Assembly: GCF_009834535.1 (NCBI RefSeq)
Contig: NC_045697.1
Span: 62,064,001 to 62,128,000 of the forward strand
Direction of reading: 5' to 3'
DNA from: Camelus ferus
Taxonomy: Eukaryota
DNA length: 64,000 nt
The notes below the pieces were generated by a model, which made no database searches, had not been told where the DNA came from, and saw nothing but the letters and a program-made list of their open reading frames with translations. The translations under genes were made by a program, and so were the position numbers. Positions 25,051 to 35,690 of the stretch are shown one piece after another (within the stretch, counting starts at the first letter, position 1; each line of letters starts with the position of its first letter).

Positions 25051-26735
25051 AGGCAGCACATTCTCTGATTTCAAACTATATTACAAAGCTAAAGTAATCA
25101 AAACAGTATTGTATTGCCATAAAATCAGACATATAGCTCAATGGAACTGAATAGAGAGCCCAGAAATAAACCCATATGTATATATGGTCAATTAACTTAT
25201 GACAAAGGGACCAAGAACATACAGTGAGGGAAGGATAGTCTCTTAAGTAAATAGAATTGGGAACACTGGACAGCCACATGCAAAAGAATGAAACTAGACC
25301 ACTATCTTACACCATAAAAAAAAGTAACTCAAAATGGATTAAAGGTTTGAATGTAAGACCTGAAACCATAAAACTCTTATAAGAAAACAGGCAATAAGCT
25401 CCTTGACATCAATTTTGAAGATGACTTTCTGCATCTCAACCAGAAACAAAGGCAACAAAAGCAAAAATGTACAGGTGAGACTACATCAAACTAAAAGCCT
25501 GTGCACAGCAAAAACTGTAACAAAGTGAAAAGGCAATTTACTGAATGGCAGGAAATATTTGCAAATCATTTATCTGATAAGAGATTAGTATCCAAAATAC
25601 ATAAAGAACTCATACAACTCAATACCCCCAAAAAACCAAATAATCTAATTTAAAAATAGGCAAGGAATCTGAATAGACATGTTTCCAAAGAAGACATACA
25701 GAAGGGCAACAGGTACATGGGAAGATGCTCAATATCACTAATCATCAGGAAAGTGCAAATCCAAAGCACAATGAGAAATCACTTCATACCTGTTAGAATG
25801 GCTATTACCAAAAAGACAAGCAATAACAAATGCTGATGAAAATGTGGCTAAAAGGGAACCTTTTTGCACTGTTGGTGGCAATACAAACTAATGCAACCAC
25901 TATGGAAAAACAGTGTGGAGTTTCCTCAAAGAATTCCAAATATAACTACCATATGACCAGGGACTTCACTTCTGGGTATTAAACCAAAGAAAATGAAAAC
26001 ACTAATTTGAAAAGATATATGCAGCATCATTTACAAATGTCACTGCAGCATTATTTACAGTAGCCAAGACATGGAAAATTGAAATATCCACTGATGGATG
26101 AATTAATAAAGATGTGGCATATATATGTGTATACATACATATGTGTGTATATATGTATATATGGCATATATGTGGAGGGGTGTATATATAGATACACTGA
26201 TAGATGTGGGGGGGTTAAATGGAATATTACTCAGCTGTTAAAAAGAAGGAAATCTTGCCATTTGTAACAACATGGATGGATCTGCATAGTATTATGCTAA
26301 GTAAAATAAGTCCAATAAAAAAAGATAAATACCATATAATCTAACTCATATGTGGAATAAAAAAAAAAAAAAAAAAAGCTCAGATTGGTGGTTGCCTGAC
26401 ACAGGGAAAGGAGGGTATAGGGGGAGGAAGGGAGGGGAAGGAGGGTGAAGTTGGTGAAGGAGTCAAAAAGTACAATTTCCACTTATGAAATGAGTAAGTC
26501 ATGGGAATGTAGTGTACAGTATGGTGACTACAGTTAATAATACTATATTGCATATTTGAAAGTAGTTAGCATAGAGGATCTTAAAAGTTCTCATCACAAA
26601 AAAAATTGTAACTATATATGGCAATGGATGTTAACTCGACTTATTGTGGTGATCATTTTGCAATACATATAGAATCATTATTTTGTATACCTGAAACTAA
26701 TATGTTATGTCAATTATACCTTGATTTTTAAAATT
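25051..26735 (+). mobile_element. L1 (L1MA9-like): disrupted ORF2 C-terminus plus 3'UTR
   Basis: gatttcaaactatattacaaagct...ctggacagccacatgcaaaagaatgaaact...; 3'UTR aaaagttctcatcac; TSD ttaataatact at 25040-25050 and 26736-26746. Confidence 0.95.
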
Positions 26736-27794
26736 TTAATAATACTCATGGTATTTAAAACAGCTATCTAGTTATCATTTACTATGTTATTAGGCATTGT
26801 GCTTTCCATGTATTATCTCATAATCTTTGTAACAAACCTTTGAGATAAGTGTTATCACTTCCATTCCTCCAATGTCCAAAAAAGCTACAGACTTTCCTCT
26901 GATAATGTGATGGAAACAGGACCAAACTCAAGTATGCAGTGCAAACTCAGCTGTGAAACTAATCATACTAGAAGCAGAAGCCCATAGTAAGAGTCTGTCT
27001 CAGACTTCAGTAAAGGACATTAAATTTCAAGAAAGACCAGAATGACAGATTATAACTCAGCTTCATAGCCAGCTTTGTGAAAATGCTGCCACGTGTCCTC
27101 TCTCTCCTGGTCACCCAATGGACTTTCTAAGTAACTCTAATTCAAAATCTCTCTTCTCTATTAAGCAGAGCACTTTTTTTTTTATGACAATCACTACTTC
27201 CATCCTATCCTAAGATTACACAGAATAAGGGTTTGACCCATTTTTAAGTAGTGTGTTTGGAATACCATATTTAAGAAGCAAGCTAGAAATTAAGAGATAG
27301 CAAGGGTCTTTGTCCCTAAAGCTGATCTCCAAAAACTCAAACTAGTTTGCAGACATTATCTAATTCACTGTCACAACAAAGCTGGCATTATCCTCTCCAT
27401 TTCACTCATGGAGAAACTGAAATAAGAAAATTACAGCCTGACTTTGACACTGTACAGAGGTGCCTCTGATGTAGGAGCTAAGTGGGAGGCGGATGGAAGG
27501 AAGCCAGACTGGCAGTGCTGTTGACCAGTTCTCAAGCGCACTTTGAACATGACTCAATACCCAGAGATAGAAGAGGGGCTAGATGAGCCAGACCCTCTTC
27601 AACTAGAGGAACTCAGCCTTGCATAGATTTAATCTGCTTTACAGATTAGGATTTTGTGAAGGGTTTCCTTTTAACGAAGGGATAGACCTCTAAAAGTCTG
27701 TTAAAACCACTGACCTGGCAATATTTAGGGTATGCTACCTTAAAAAAAAGATTTAGTAATATTCAATGGCTATTCAAAAATCCAAAAGTAATCA

Positions 27795-27988
27795 TTAATG
27801 GCAAACCCTGAGCTTCTACTATGTGCCCAGCACTATGCTACGCATATTACAAGCATTAATTTACTTCCTCACGGTAAGCTACCATTTTACTGATGAGGAA
27901 AGTGAAGCTTAGAAAAGTTAAATAACTTGCCCAAGATCTTCAAGTTGGCAGTGGTGGAACCAGGATAAAACAAACCATCCTAAGCTCC
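27795..27988 (-). mobile_element. MIR, left part (resumes at ~29076-29110)
   Basis: gaggaaagtgaagcttagaaaagttaaataacttgcccaag...ctaagctcc, then acagtcatgctattaaccact after the insert. Confidence 0.85.
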
Positions 27989-28519
27989 TTTTTTTTTTTT
28001 TCCTCAGGGGTTTCGGCAGCGGCTCACACAGGCTCCTGGTGCGCCAATCCTATGTCTGCCAAGGTCCACGGCCACAGCAACTAAAAACACACTGTCTCGT
28101 TGTTCCAGGGGTCAGCTGTCCCCCTGACAGGGGTTGGCGGCAGCCAGGGACCCAGCAGTCTTCTCAAGAGACCGTCACTACCCTTACCTGGAGCGGCTCC
28201 ACTGAAGAACGGCCTCAGGGCATTCCTGTCTCTTTCTGCCCCAGCCCCAGTGCTGGCAGTCTATGACGGAGCACCTGCTTTCTCCACCGAGCCCCTCAAT
28301 CCAGGAACGTTCTCTTCTCCTGAACACCGCGGGAGACGCTCGCGCAGCCTGGTCGGGGCAGGTGAAATGTGGGGTTCCCCATAAAGGAAGCAAGGCACGC
28401 TGGAGCCTTCAGGGTGCACTCTGTGGCTATGAATGGGAGAGGATAGGGAAAGTAAGGCTGAGTCCAGACAGCAGGGCAGAAAGAGGAGGCCTCGGTTGCG
28501 GTAAACGTCCAGGGAGGCT

Positions 28520-28620
28520 GGACAAATGGCGGAATCCAGGCCAAGACACTGCCGCCTCCTCTTCCCACAGGAAGCCTGATCTCGCGAGATTTCGGGGTTC
28601 GCAGGGGCGGGCGGGAGAGT
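28520..28620 (-). promoter_or_regulatory. CpG-island promoter-type motif cluster (GC box, TCTCGCGAGA, YY1-like)
   Basis: ggggcgggcggg 28604-28615; ATCTCGCGAGAT palindrome 28579-28590; aaatggcgg 28524-28532 (CCGCCATTT on minus). Confidence 0.6.
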
Positions 28621-28836
28621 CCCGAGAGGAGAAACACCCAGGTACCAGAGGCGCCTTGTCCTAGACGTGTCGTTAAGGTGTCTGGCTCATTCTGCTTCTC
28701 AGACAAACCCTGATCCTTATGGACACTGCCCCACTCTGCCCCCTGCCATACCCCTCCACCCAGTCGGTCGCAGTGCTATGGCGGAGGACCCCAAGGGCTA
28801 GTTTGGGTGTGGGAGACCAGCCATCCTCTTGCCCAC

Positions 28837-28932
28837 GGGGGTGGGGTAGAGCTCAGTGGTTGAGCGTGTGCTTAGCATGGACGAGGTCCTGGGTTCAATC
28901 CCCAGAATCTCCGTTTAAGAAAAAACAAAAAC
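28837..28932 (+). mobile_element. tRNA-Ala-derived camelid SINE (Vic-1-like)
   Basis: ggggtggggtagagctcagtggttgagcgtgtgcttagcatggacgaggtcctgggttcaatcccc plus A-rich tail; Pol III A and B boxes. Confidence 0.9.
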
Positions 28933-29219
28933 AGACAGGGCAGACCACCTGAGGCCTGGTTCAGACAGAGAACTGTGATTGTCCCACCATAAGTCTCAGG
29001 CCTGCTGGAGGCCCAGGGCAGAGGCTCCAATAGGGCCAGTCCAACTTGTGCCAAAATCGAAGGGGGCAACAACCCAAAACAGTCATGCTATTAACCACTT
29101 TACCTGGTCTCTAACCCAATTAATGACCTCAATCCAGCCATGAGGTCCCTGTCAAATAAAGATAGAACTAGCAATTTGTACTCCTTACAGAATAGGCAAA
29201 GGCAAAAGCAAAGGCAAGG

Positions 29220-29985
29220 TGTTATATAATAATGTGGGTAGTGTTTGTCTTGACTTCCTGGGAGGAAGCCTTAAATCCTTGGGAATTTCCATTGTAATAG
29301 GAGTGTCTTTATTATTCTTAGTGGACCCTGACAGTTTATGCCTATAAGATCATTCAAGGTGGGCCCGCCATTGTTTAAGCTAAGGATGTATCTCAGGATA
29401 GGGGCTTGCCACACCAGAAAAGACTGACCATGTGATTAGAGGATTGGAGCTTTGAGCCACCTGATATCAACCCCACCTCTGGGGAAGAGGGCTGGAGATT
29501 GAGTTCAACTTTTTGGCCAGTAATTCAATGAATCATGCCAACAAAATGAAGCACCAATAAAAACCCCAGACACAGAAGCTGGGATGAGCTTTTGTAGTTG
29601 CAGCACTCTATGTGTATTGTTACACACTGGTGAGTCTGGGAGAATGATGCATCCTGACTCAAGGGGAAGAGAATAGCTCATGCTATGCATCTCTGCTGGC
29701 TGGTTCTGATTTTTATCCTCTTTGCTATAATAAAATGGTAGTCATAAGTAGAGCACTTGCCCAAGTTCTGTGAGTCATTCTAGCAAATTATCCCAAATTA
29801 GTGGGAACCCCCAAATTTGTAGCCAGTTGATCATAAGTGAGCACGGCCTGGGAACCCCCAAGTCTGTGGTTGGTGTCTGAAGTAGGAAAGTCTTGTGTGG
29901 GACTGTGCCCTTAACCTGTGAGGTTTGTCCTAAGTCTGACACTGGGTAGTTAGTGTCAGAAGTCATTGCTCAAGACAATGTGGAA
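29220..29985 (+). mobile_element. MER21-like LTR
   Basis: agttctgtgagtcattctagcaaattatc...gggaacccccaaatttgtagccagttg...gtgggactgtgcccttaacctgtg...agttagtgtcagaa. Confidence 0.8.
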
Positions 29986-30411
29986 AGTCCTATATTCATC
30001 TTTACTTGGCTAAAAAATATTTTCAGTATTCAGAGTCAACCATCACATGGCTTTCATGAGCAACAGTATTCTCAGGGCTGTTTCTTCCATGTCCTTGTTT
30101 CATTATCCCTTTTAATGAGGTGATCTTACTGTAACCCACCAGACCCACGGCTCATTCAGGATAATGATGAACCACCACAGGTGCTTCAAGATCTTCACCA
30201 GGCTCTACTCATTGGCTCTATGAGTTCTCATTCCTTACACTTTTATTCTTTTTGCATGCCCACTGTGTAACAATCTAAGATTTTGTTCCTCATTAAAATA
30301 AAAAATGAATCTAGGTACACCCAACATTCTTTTGCACTGTTTTTCAGACCTCTAACTAGCTATGAGTCTGGACACAGGCTTTAAAACACTAAGTTAAAAG
30401 TATATTTATTA

Positions 30412-30722
30412 AGACACAAATGAACTTATTTACAAAACAGAAACAGACTCATAGACATAGAAAACAAACATGGTTACCAGAAGAGAAAGGAGGTGGGAAG
30501 GGATAAATTGGGAATTTGAGATTTGCAGATACAAACTACTATATATAAAATAGAAACAACAAATTTATACTGTATACCCATAGGGAACTATATTCAATAT
30601 CTTATAGTAACCTATAATGAAAAAGAATAAGAAAATGAATATATATATGTATCGTATGACTGAAACATTTTGCTGTACACCAGAAATTGACACAATGTTG
30701 TAAACTGACTATACTTCAATTA
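30412..30722 (+). mobile_element. L1 3' end, 5'-truncated, lineage-specific
   Basis: acacaaatgaacttatttacaaaacagaaacagactc...actgactatacttcaat; perfect 16-bp TSD aaaagtatatttatta at 30396-30411 and 30723-30738. Confidence 0.95.
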
Positions 30723-30919
30723 AAAAGTATATTTATTAGATGAGAAGATAAAGCATAGAATAGATCAATCAGTGATTTAATGTAGGATTTGAATTAAGCA
30801 AAGGAAAGGGAATAGAATCTCAGAAACATAGGATTTATGTCACTCCTATAAAGAATTAAGTAGCAAATTTGGAAACTATGAAAGTCCCCAGAGATTATCT
30901 AGTTCAAGACTGTCATTTT

Positions 30920-31040
30920 GGATGTTAACTAGACTTTCTGTGGTGGTCATTTTGCAATATATACAAATAACAAATTATTATGTTGTACACCTAAAACTCG
31001 TTTAACATTATGTGTTGATTATATCCCAATTTTTTTAAAT
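30920..31040 (+). mobile_element. L1MA-type 3' tip nested in a MIR fragment
   Basis: ggatgttaactagact...ttgtacacctaaaact, homologous to 26626-26725; MIR resumes at caggtgaggaaact. Confidence 0.85.
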
Positions 31041-32481
31041 GTATTTTTCAGGTGAGGAAACTAAGATCCAAAAAGGCTACAGTGAAATGTCTTCCCTTTA
31101 ATTACACATTAGGGAATCCAAAGATAATATTTTCTTGAAATGCATTTTATTTTTAGAAATCAACCTCGGTAAAATTCTTTTTTCCAAAGCAGAAAATTCA
31201 GACCATCAATGTAATATGTTATTCACAACATAGTTTGAAAATGTCACTGTCAATAGTAGAATGATCTTATGATTATGTCATGACTTAATGCAGGAATCTT
31301 CTAGGTGTGTGGAAAGAAGTGGCCCAGTTTTTATTTCCATGGAAGCTCTTCTCTGTCTAGGAGAGTAAGGGAATGAAAATCAAGTATCCTACATCCTCTT
31401 CCTAGAGCTACACTAAGTTTCTATGACTTTTTTCTGAATTATTTCCAGCTGTTCAGTTATAAAATTAGATGACATATGGCTAGTTTTCATAATAGATGTA
31501 TTTCTGAGTGATTCAGTCATATTCTTAATCCAGCAAGGGACTTTGCAATTTAAAGAAATCCTGATGTGAATCCTTTTGTAAAACCAAAACGAAAAAAATA
31601 ACCTCCCCACAATTTTTCTGTTTTGTAAATTTTGATTTCTATATGTAGAGGTTTTTTTTAAACAAGTTCCCCTGTATCTTCATATTATTCTTCACTTATT
31701 GTTGGATGACTTGAGAAAAAGACAGATGAATGTGGCAAAGTGCTTGGATATCCTCATAAAAAGTCACCTGATTCAGGCAGAGCTGGCAAAAACACAAAGG
31801 CTTTATTTCCTTTATCCTGAACTAGCAAGGCTGTTTTTCAAGATCCAGTCAGAATCTACAGCAGCAAATAGCTTGCAAATGTTTAATACATGATCAAGTG
31901 CACCTCACAATTTCACCCAAACACCTAATGTAGTATTCCAGTAAGCTATAAGAGACAAGCATCAATCAACATTCAGGCTGCCTCATCCTTTCCCAAGGTG
32001 AAAGAACTAAAACAACTGTATTATCTGTACGACTATCACTCCTGTTTTATTTGGAGCTGCGTTCCACTCTGACCATCAGAGAAGCAATGACATCGTTTTA
32101 CTGCAGCTCTTATTAAATATTATTACTGTGGTGCAAGCTTGACGGTCGAGAGAGGAGAAAAAGGAGGCAGCTTCATTGCCCAAAGGAGATCCAGTAATCA
32201 GATGGTCTGCAGCCCTGAAGAGGACATCAATCTTCTGAATCCAATTCTGACTGTACACTTTAGCAGCACTGTATGGTCTCAGTATAAAATGTTAACAGTG
32301 TTAAGGCAATTGCTAACCTAAAAAGTATGTGTTTAAGAAAGAGGACAAAAAGGAGGGCTATAGAAATTGAGAACAGTGTTAAGAATACTAAGTGAGATTT
32401 TTTTAAAAAACAGTACTGAGAAAATACATTGCACTAGCTATCGGATTTTTTTTTCTCCCATTATGGTCTTTGTCTTCCGTG

Positions 32482-32483
<2 letters not shown>

Positions 32484-32518
<35 letters not shown>
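32484..32518. repeat. (T)35 homopolymer
   Basis: Counted directly. Confidence 0.95.
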
Positions 32519-32519
<1 letters not shown>

Positions 32520-32524
32520 ATGGC

Positions 32525-32946
32525 AGTATAGCATTTAACCTGTCCCCTTCCTGGTTTTGGGGAATACCTACCTCCTACCTCCTTAAGCATACTCTTAGAG
32601 GGTTCCCAGAAGCTCGCACAGAGGAAGCTTTAGAGACTAGATCTTTCCTCTCCCCATCCCCTGTAGGCAATGTGGGCACACAGTCAAGGCTCAGCCTGTC
32701 AGATGTTCTCACTCACCTCCTAACTTTGTGCAAGTGAGGCAAAGATAAAGGGTTGGTTAAAGGTACTTATAACAGAAGTGTAACCACAACAGGAACATAG
32801 CCAGATTTCCTTATTTCTTAACTCTCAAGGTCACAGTTCAATTTCCAAACATGACCTCCACTATGCTTTCTATATGTCTCTTCCTTGCTTTACAATCAGA
32901 GGTGATCTCTGTTAATTGCAATCCAAAACATCATAACTGGTATTCA
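32525..32946 (+). mobile_element. Old MaLR LTR (MLT1K/L-like)
   Basis: ccccttcctggttttggggaa start; ttccttgcttt...tctgttaattgcaatccaaaacatcataactggtattca end. Confidence 0.55.
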
Positions 32947-33907
32947 TCATTATGAGATTTCCATGAATGTGAGACTGAGGCTTAGAATGAGGGGGCAGCC
33001 TAAAGGGGAAAATGTATGCTTTCCAAAAAGCTCATTATTATTATTATTCAGTTCCTATTTTATGTCTTATAGTAATATGAGAACGGCATACAGAAAATCA
33101 ATATTCCTTCTCTCGTATGCTTATTATTGCCACTCTGTGTATAAGGTATTTTTCTGTTACCCAGTTCTTTTGGTTAGGTAAATTCCCAAATCCCATCCCT
33201 GCAAATGAGCAGGGAGATATCCCTTAGGACTGAAGTAGAAACATAGTAAGAAATCCAACAGGTGTTGCAAAGTTTTGAAACTGGAAGAAAAGTAGGCTTT
33301 TTTTTCCCCCTGACAAGAAGCTCAACCAGAGTGAAGAGACCTTCCAGAAAGGATCTTTCAACCATAGAAGCTTCAGAAACTTAAAAGAGAGCAAGCCCAG
33401 CCACTGCCCTAACCCCCAAAGAAGGTAAATGACACTGAAAGCTGCAAATGGAGGGTATGAGAACAAGGGAAGGTGAGATCAGAGCATCATATAGCCTGTA
33501 TTCCAGGCAGGAACTGTGAAACCACAGAGAAAAGCCTTCTACATTCAGGAAAGACTTGCTTGAGTGCCTGTATAGATGAAGGAGAGCCTAACCACAATGA
33601 GAATAATCATGGGCTCATATGCAGAATTAAAGGCTCAGAAGTAAGTCTTGGCAATGCCATCAAGAAACTATTAGTCTACCTTGCTTTAGATAATCAATCT
33701 GTGCTCTGAAAATGCATCTCCATCTATGTTGCATATATTTTTGAGTGCATGTATATAGGTGTTTGGGGGTTGGTGTTGATTGCTTTTGCCTTTGTTTTCT
33801 TCTAAAATATTCCACTTGTCTTTGCTGAATTAAGAGAAAAGGATCTCTCAGAAAACTGCCATACTCAACTATACCTTCGAATAAAAGAAACACTAAGAAG
33901 TCTCCCT

Positions 33908-34045
33908 AAAAAAAAAAAAAAAAAAAAAAAAAGATGAGGGAAACTCTGATCATCAGTAATTGACACTCCAAACCAGAGAGCACACACACACGCACACATA
34001 CACACTCACACACTCACACAGATATGCACACATCCACAAACACAA
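33908..34045. repeat. (A)25 run and imperfect (CA)n microsatellite
   Basis: A-run at 33908-33932; CA repeats at ~33981-34045. Confidence 0.9.
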
Positions 34046-34398
34046 ACCAGGAGGTCTGGGACCAGATCAATAGCCAAATTAGGTGCATGAAAATTGAGTT
34101 CCCAGGAAGCCTGAGTCATTACCACCAGTCCCTAGGAAGTATACAAAAACTGTAAGTGCCAATGGCCCTTTAAGAACACATGTCCAAGATGGTACATCTG
34201 CAAGGACCACTGAAGAGGTTTAACTCTGAAAGACTAGAAAGTCAAGTCCCCAGCACGTAGCACCCTAATTGGGAACATAGGCCCTGGAGTCAGTCAGACC
34301 TGAGTATGCGACTCAGCTGGGTAACCTCAGCAAGTCATTTAAACCTGGCTGGTATTTTCATCTATAGGTAATGATACCCACTTTGTAGAGCTGGTTTT

Positions 34399-34560
34399 GT
34401 TTTTTTTTTTTTTTTTAAAAAAACATTTTTTATTGAGTTATAGTCATTTTATAATGTTGTGTCAAATTCCAGCGTAGAGCACAATTTTTCAGTTATACAT
34501 GAACATACATATATTAATTATCACTTTTTTTTTCACTGTGAGTGACCACAAGATCTTATA
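34399..34560 (-). mobile_element. Young camelid-type L1 3' tip
   Basis: Reverse complement of the family at 45994-46242; T-tail; TSD ttgtag(a/g)gctg(g)tttt at 34383-34398 and 34561-34575. Confidence 0.92.
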
Positions 34561-34595
34561 TTGTAGGGCTGTTTTGAGATTAAATGACATATATG

Positions 34596-34964
34596 TGTTA
34601 TGGACTGCACATTTATGTCTCCAAATAATGTCTGTCAAAACCTTAATCCTCAATGTAATAGTATTAGGAGGTAGGGGGTTTGGAGAGGTAATTAGGTTTG
34701 TATAAGGTCAAGAAAGTAGAGCTACCAGGATGAGATTAGTGTCCTTATAAAAAAAGAAAGAGACTAGGGCTCACTGTCTTCATCACGTGAGGATACAATG
34801 AGAAGATAACTATCGGAAAATGAGGAAGAGGGTCTTCACCAGACACCAAATCTGCTGGCATCCTGATCTTGGTTCTCCCAGCTTCCAGAGCTGTGCAAAA
34901 TAAATTTCCACTGTTAAAGCCACCCAATCTGTGGTATCTTGTTATAGCAGCCTGAACTAATATA
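34596..34964 (+). mobile_element. MaLR LTR (MLT1A-like)
   Basis: tgttatggactg...gattagtgtccttataaaa...aataaatttcc...ttgttatagcagcctgaactaa. Confidence 0.9.
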
Positions 34965-35461
34965 GCATATAAAGCTATTTGCACAGTGCATGGTATATAG
35001 TAAATGTTTGTATAAATAAGAATATAGGTAAATAGAAATAAATAACTGAAGCCACTGGCTGGGCAAGTCTGGATTTCAATAAGGCTCAGAGATTTCTCTT
35101 ACACCACTAGTCTAATCCCAGGAAAACAGCTGGAAGGATGAACTAGGATGGATATACATTTTGAATATACTTATTTGCAGTTTTCATTTTGAAGAAGTGG
35201 AAGTAGCAGCTGCCAGTATCCCCGCGACAAGCCAGGCAATTGACAAGTACTGGTGGAGCCTGCAGAAGCCTCTGTCAGGGGAACGGTGACTCTTTAGCCA
35301 GCTTCATGTGGGAAATCAGGAGGACAGATTTTCTTAGGCGATTTTCTCATTCATTCTGATTTCTGCTTGGCTAGAAAGAGTACATAAGCTGTTTGTCTCA
35401 GATGAATGCTCCAGTAGATAAAACACCAAAAGGGGTTTGGGAAAACATAACAAAATAAGAA

Positions 35462-35690
35462 TTGCCATAGTGGCTTAGACCAACTGTCTGACAATAGCAC
35501 CAAGAGACATTTTGTAGGAAAGAGTTGTAACTTCCTCCATAATCATGGCCTCACAAGCTTAGAAGCAGCTCCTAAATGTCCTTAAATTCCTATTAAGGCT
35601 CTATCACCCAGAACTTTACTTAAACCTTCCTTGAGTTTTATACTAGCATTTTCAGCTAATACTGTGCATGGGGCAATGAGTTTATTTATT
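35462..35690 (-). mobile_element. CR1/L3-like fragment
   Basis: actttacttaaaccttccttgag...ttttcagc...ggggcaatgagtt resembles a CR1 3' region in reverse. Confidence 0.5.

Larger units (their letters stand above)
27989..29075 (-). other. ~1.1 kb CpG-rich insert with terminal A13 (minus strand), splitting a MIR
   Basis: T13 at 27989-28001; about 38 CpG counted by hand in 28002-28837 against very few in the flanks; MIR halves collinear on either side. Confidence 0.75.
34280..35020 (+). mobile_element. MIR interrupted by an L1 and an MLT1A
   Basis: MIR pieces at 34280-34398, 34561-34595 and 34965-35020 are collinear with the consensus. Confidence 0.8.

Noticed and set aside
25051..26120. L1 ORF2 as a functional CDS
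   Set aside because: 5'-truncated, with multiple stops and frameshifts
28039..28706. Overlapping 69-136 aa ORFs in the GC-rich insert as a processed pseudogene CDS
   Set aside because: ORFs occur on both strands and in several frames, as expected from high GC; no recognisable homology; the unspliced donor argues against a mature mRNA copy
28837..28915. tRNA-Ala(AGC) gene
   Set aside because: Extra 5' G-rich leader, mismatched stems and an A-rich tail; a second diverged copy at 23505-23594 shows it is a SINE family
32484..33932. Long T35 and A25 runs as retrocopy tails
   Set aside because: No adjacent poly(A) signal, element body or TSD; treated as simple homopolymers
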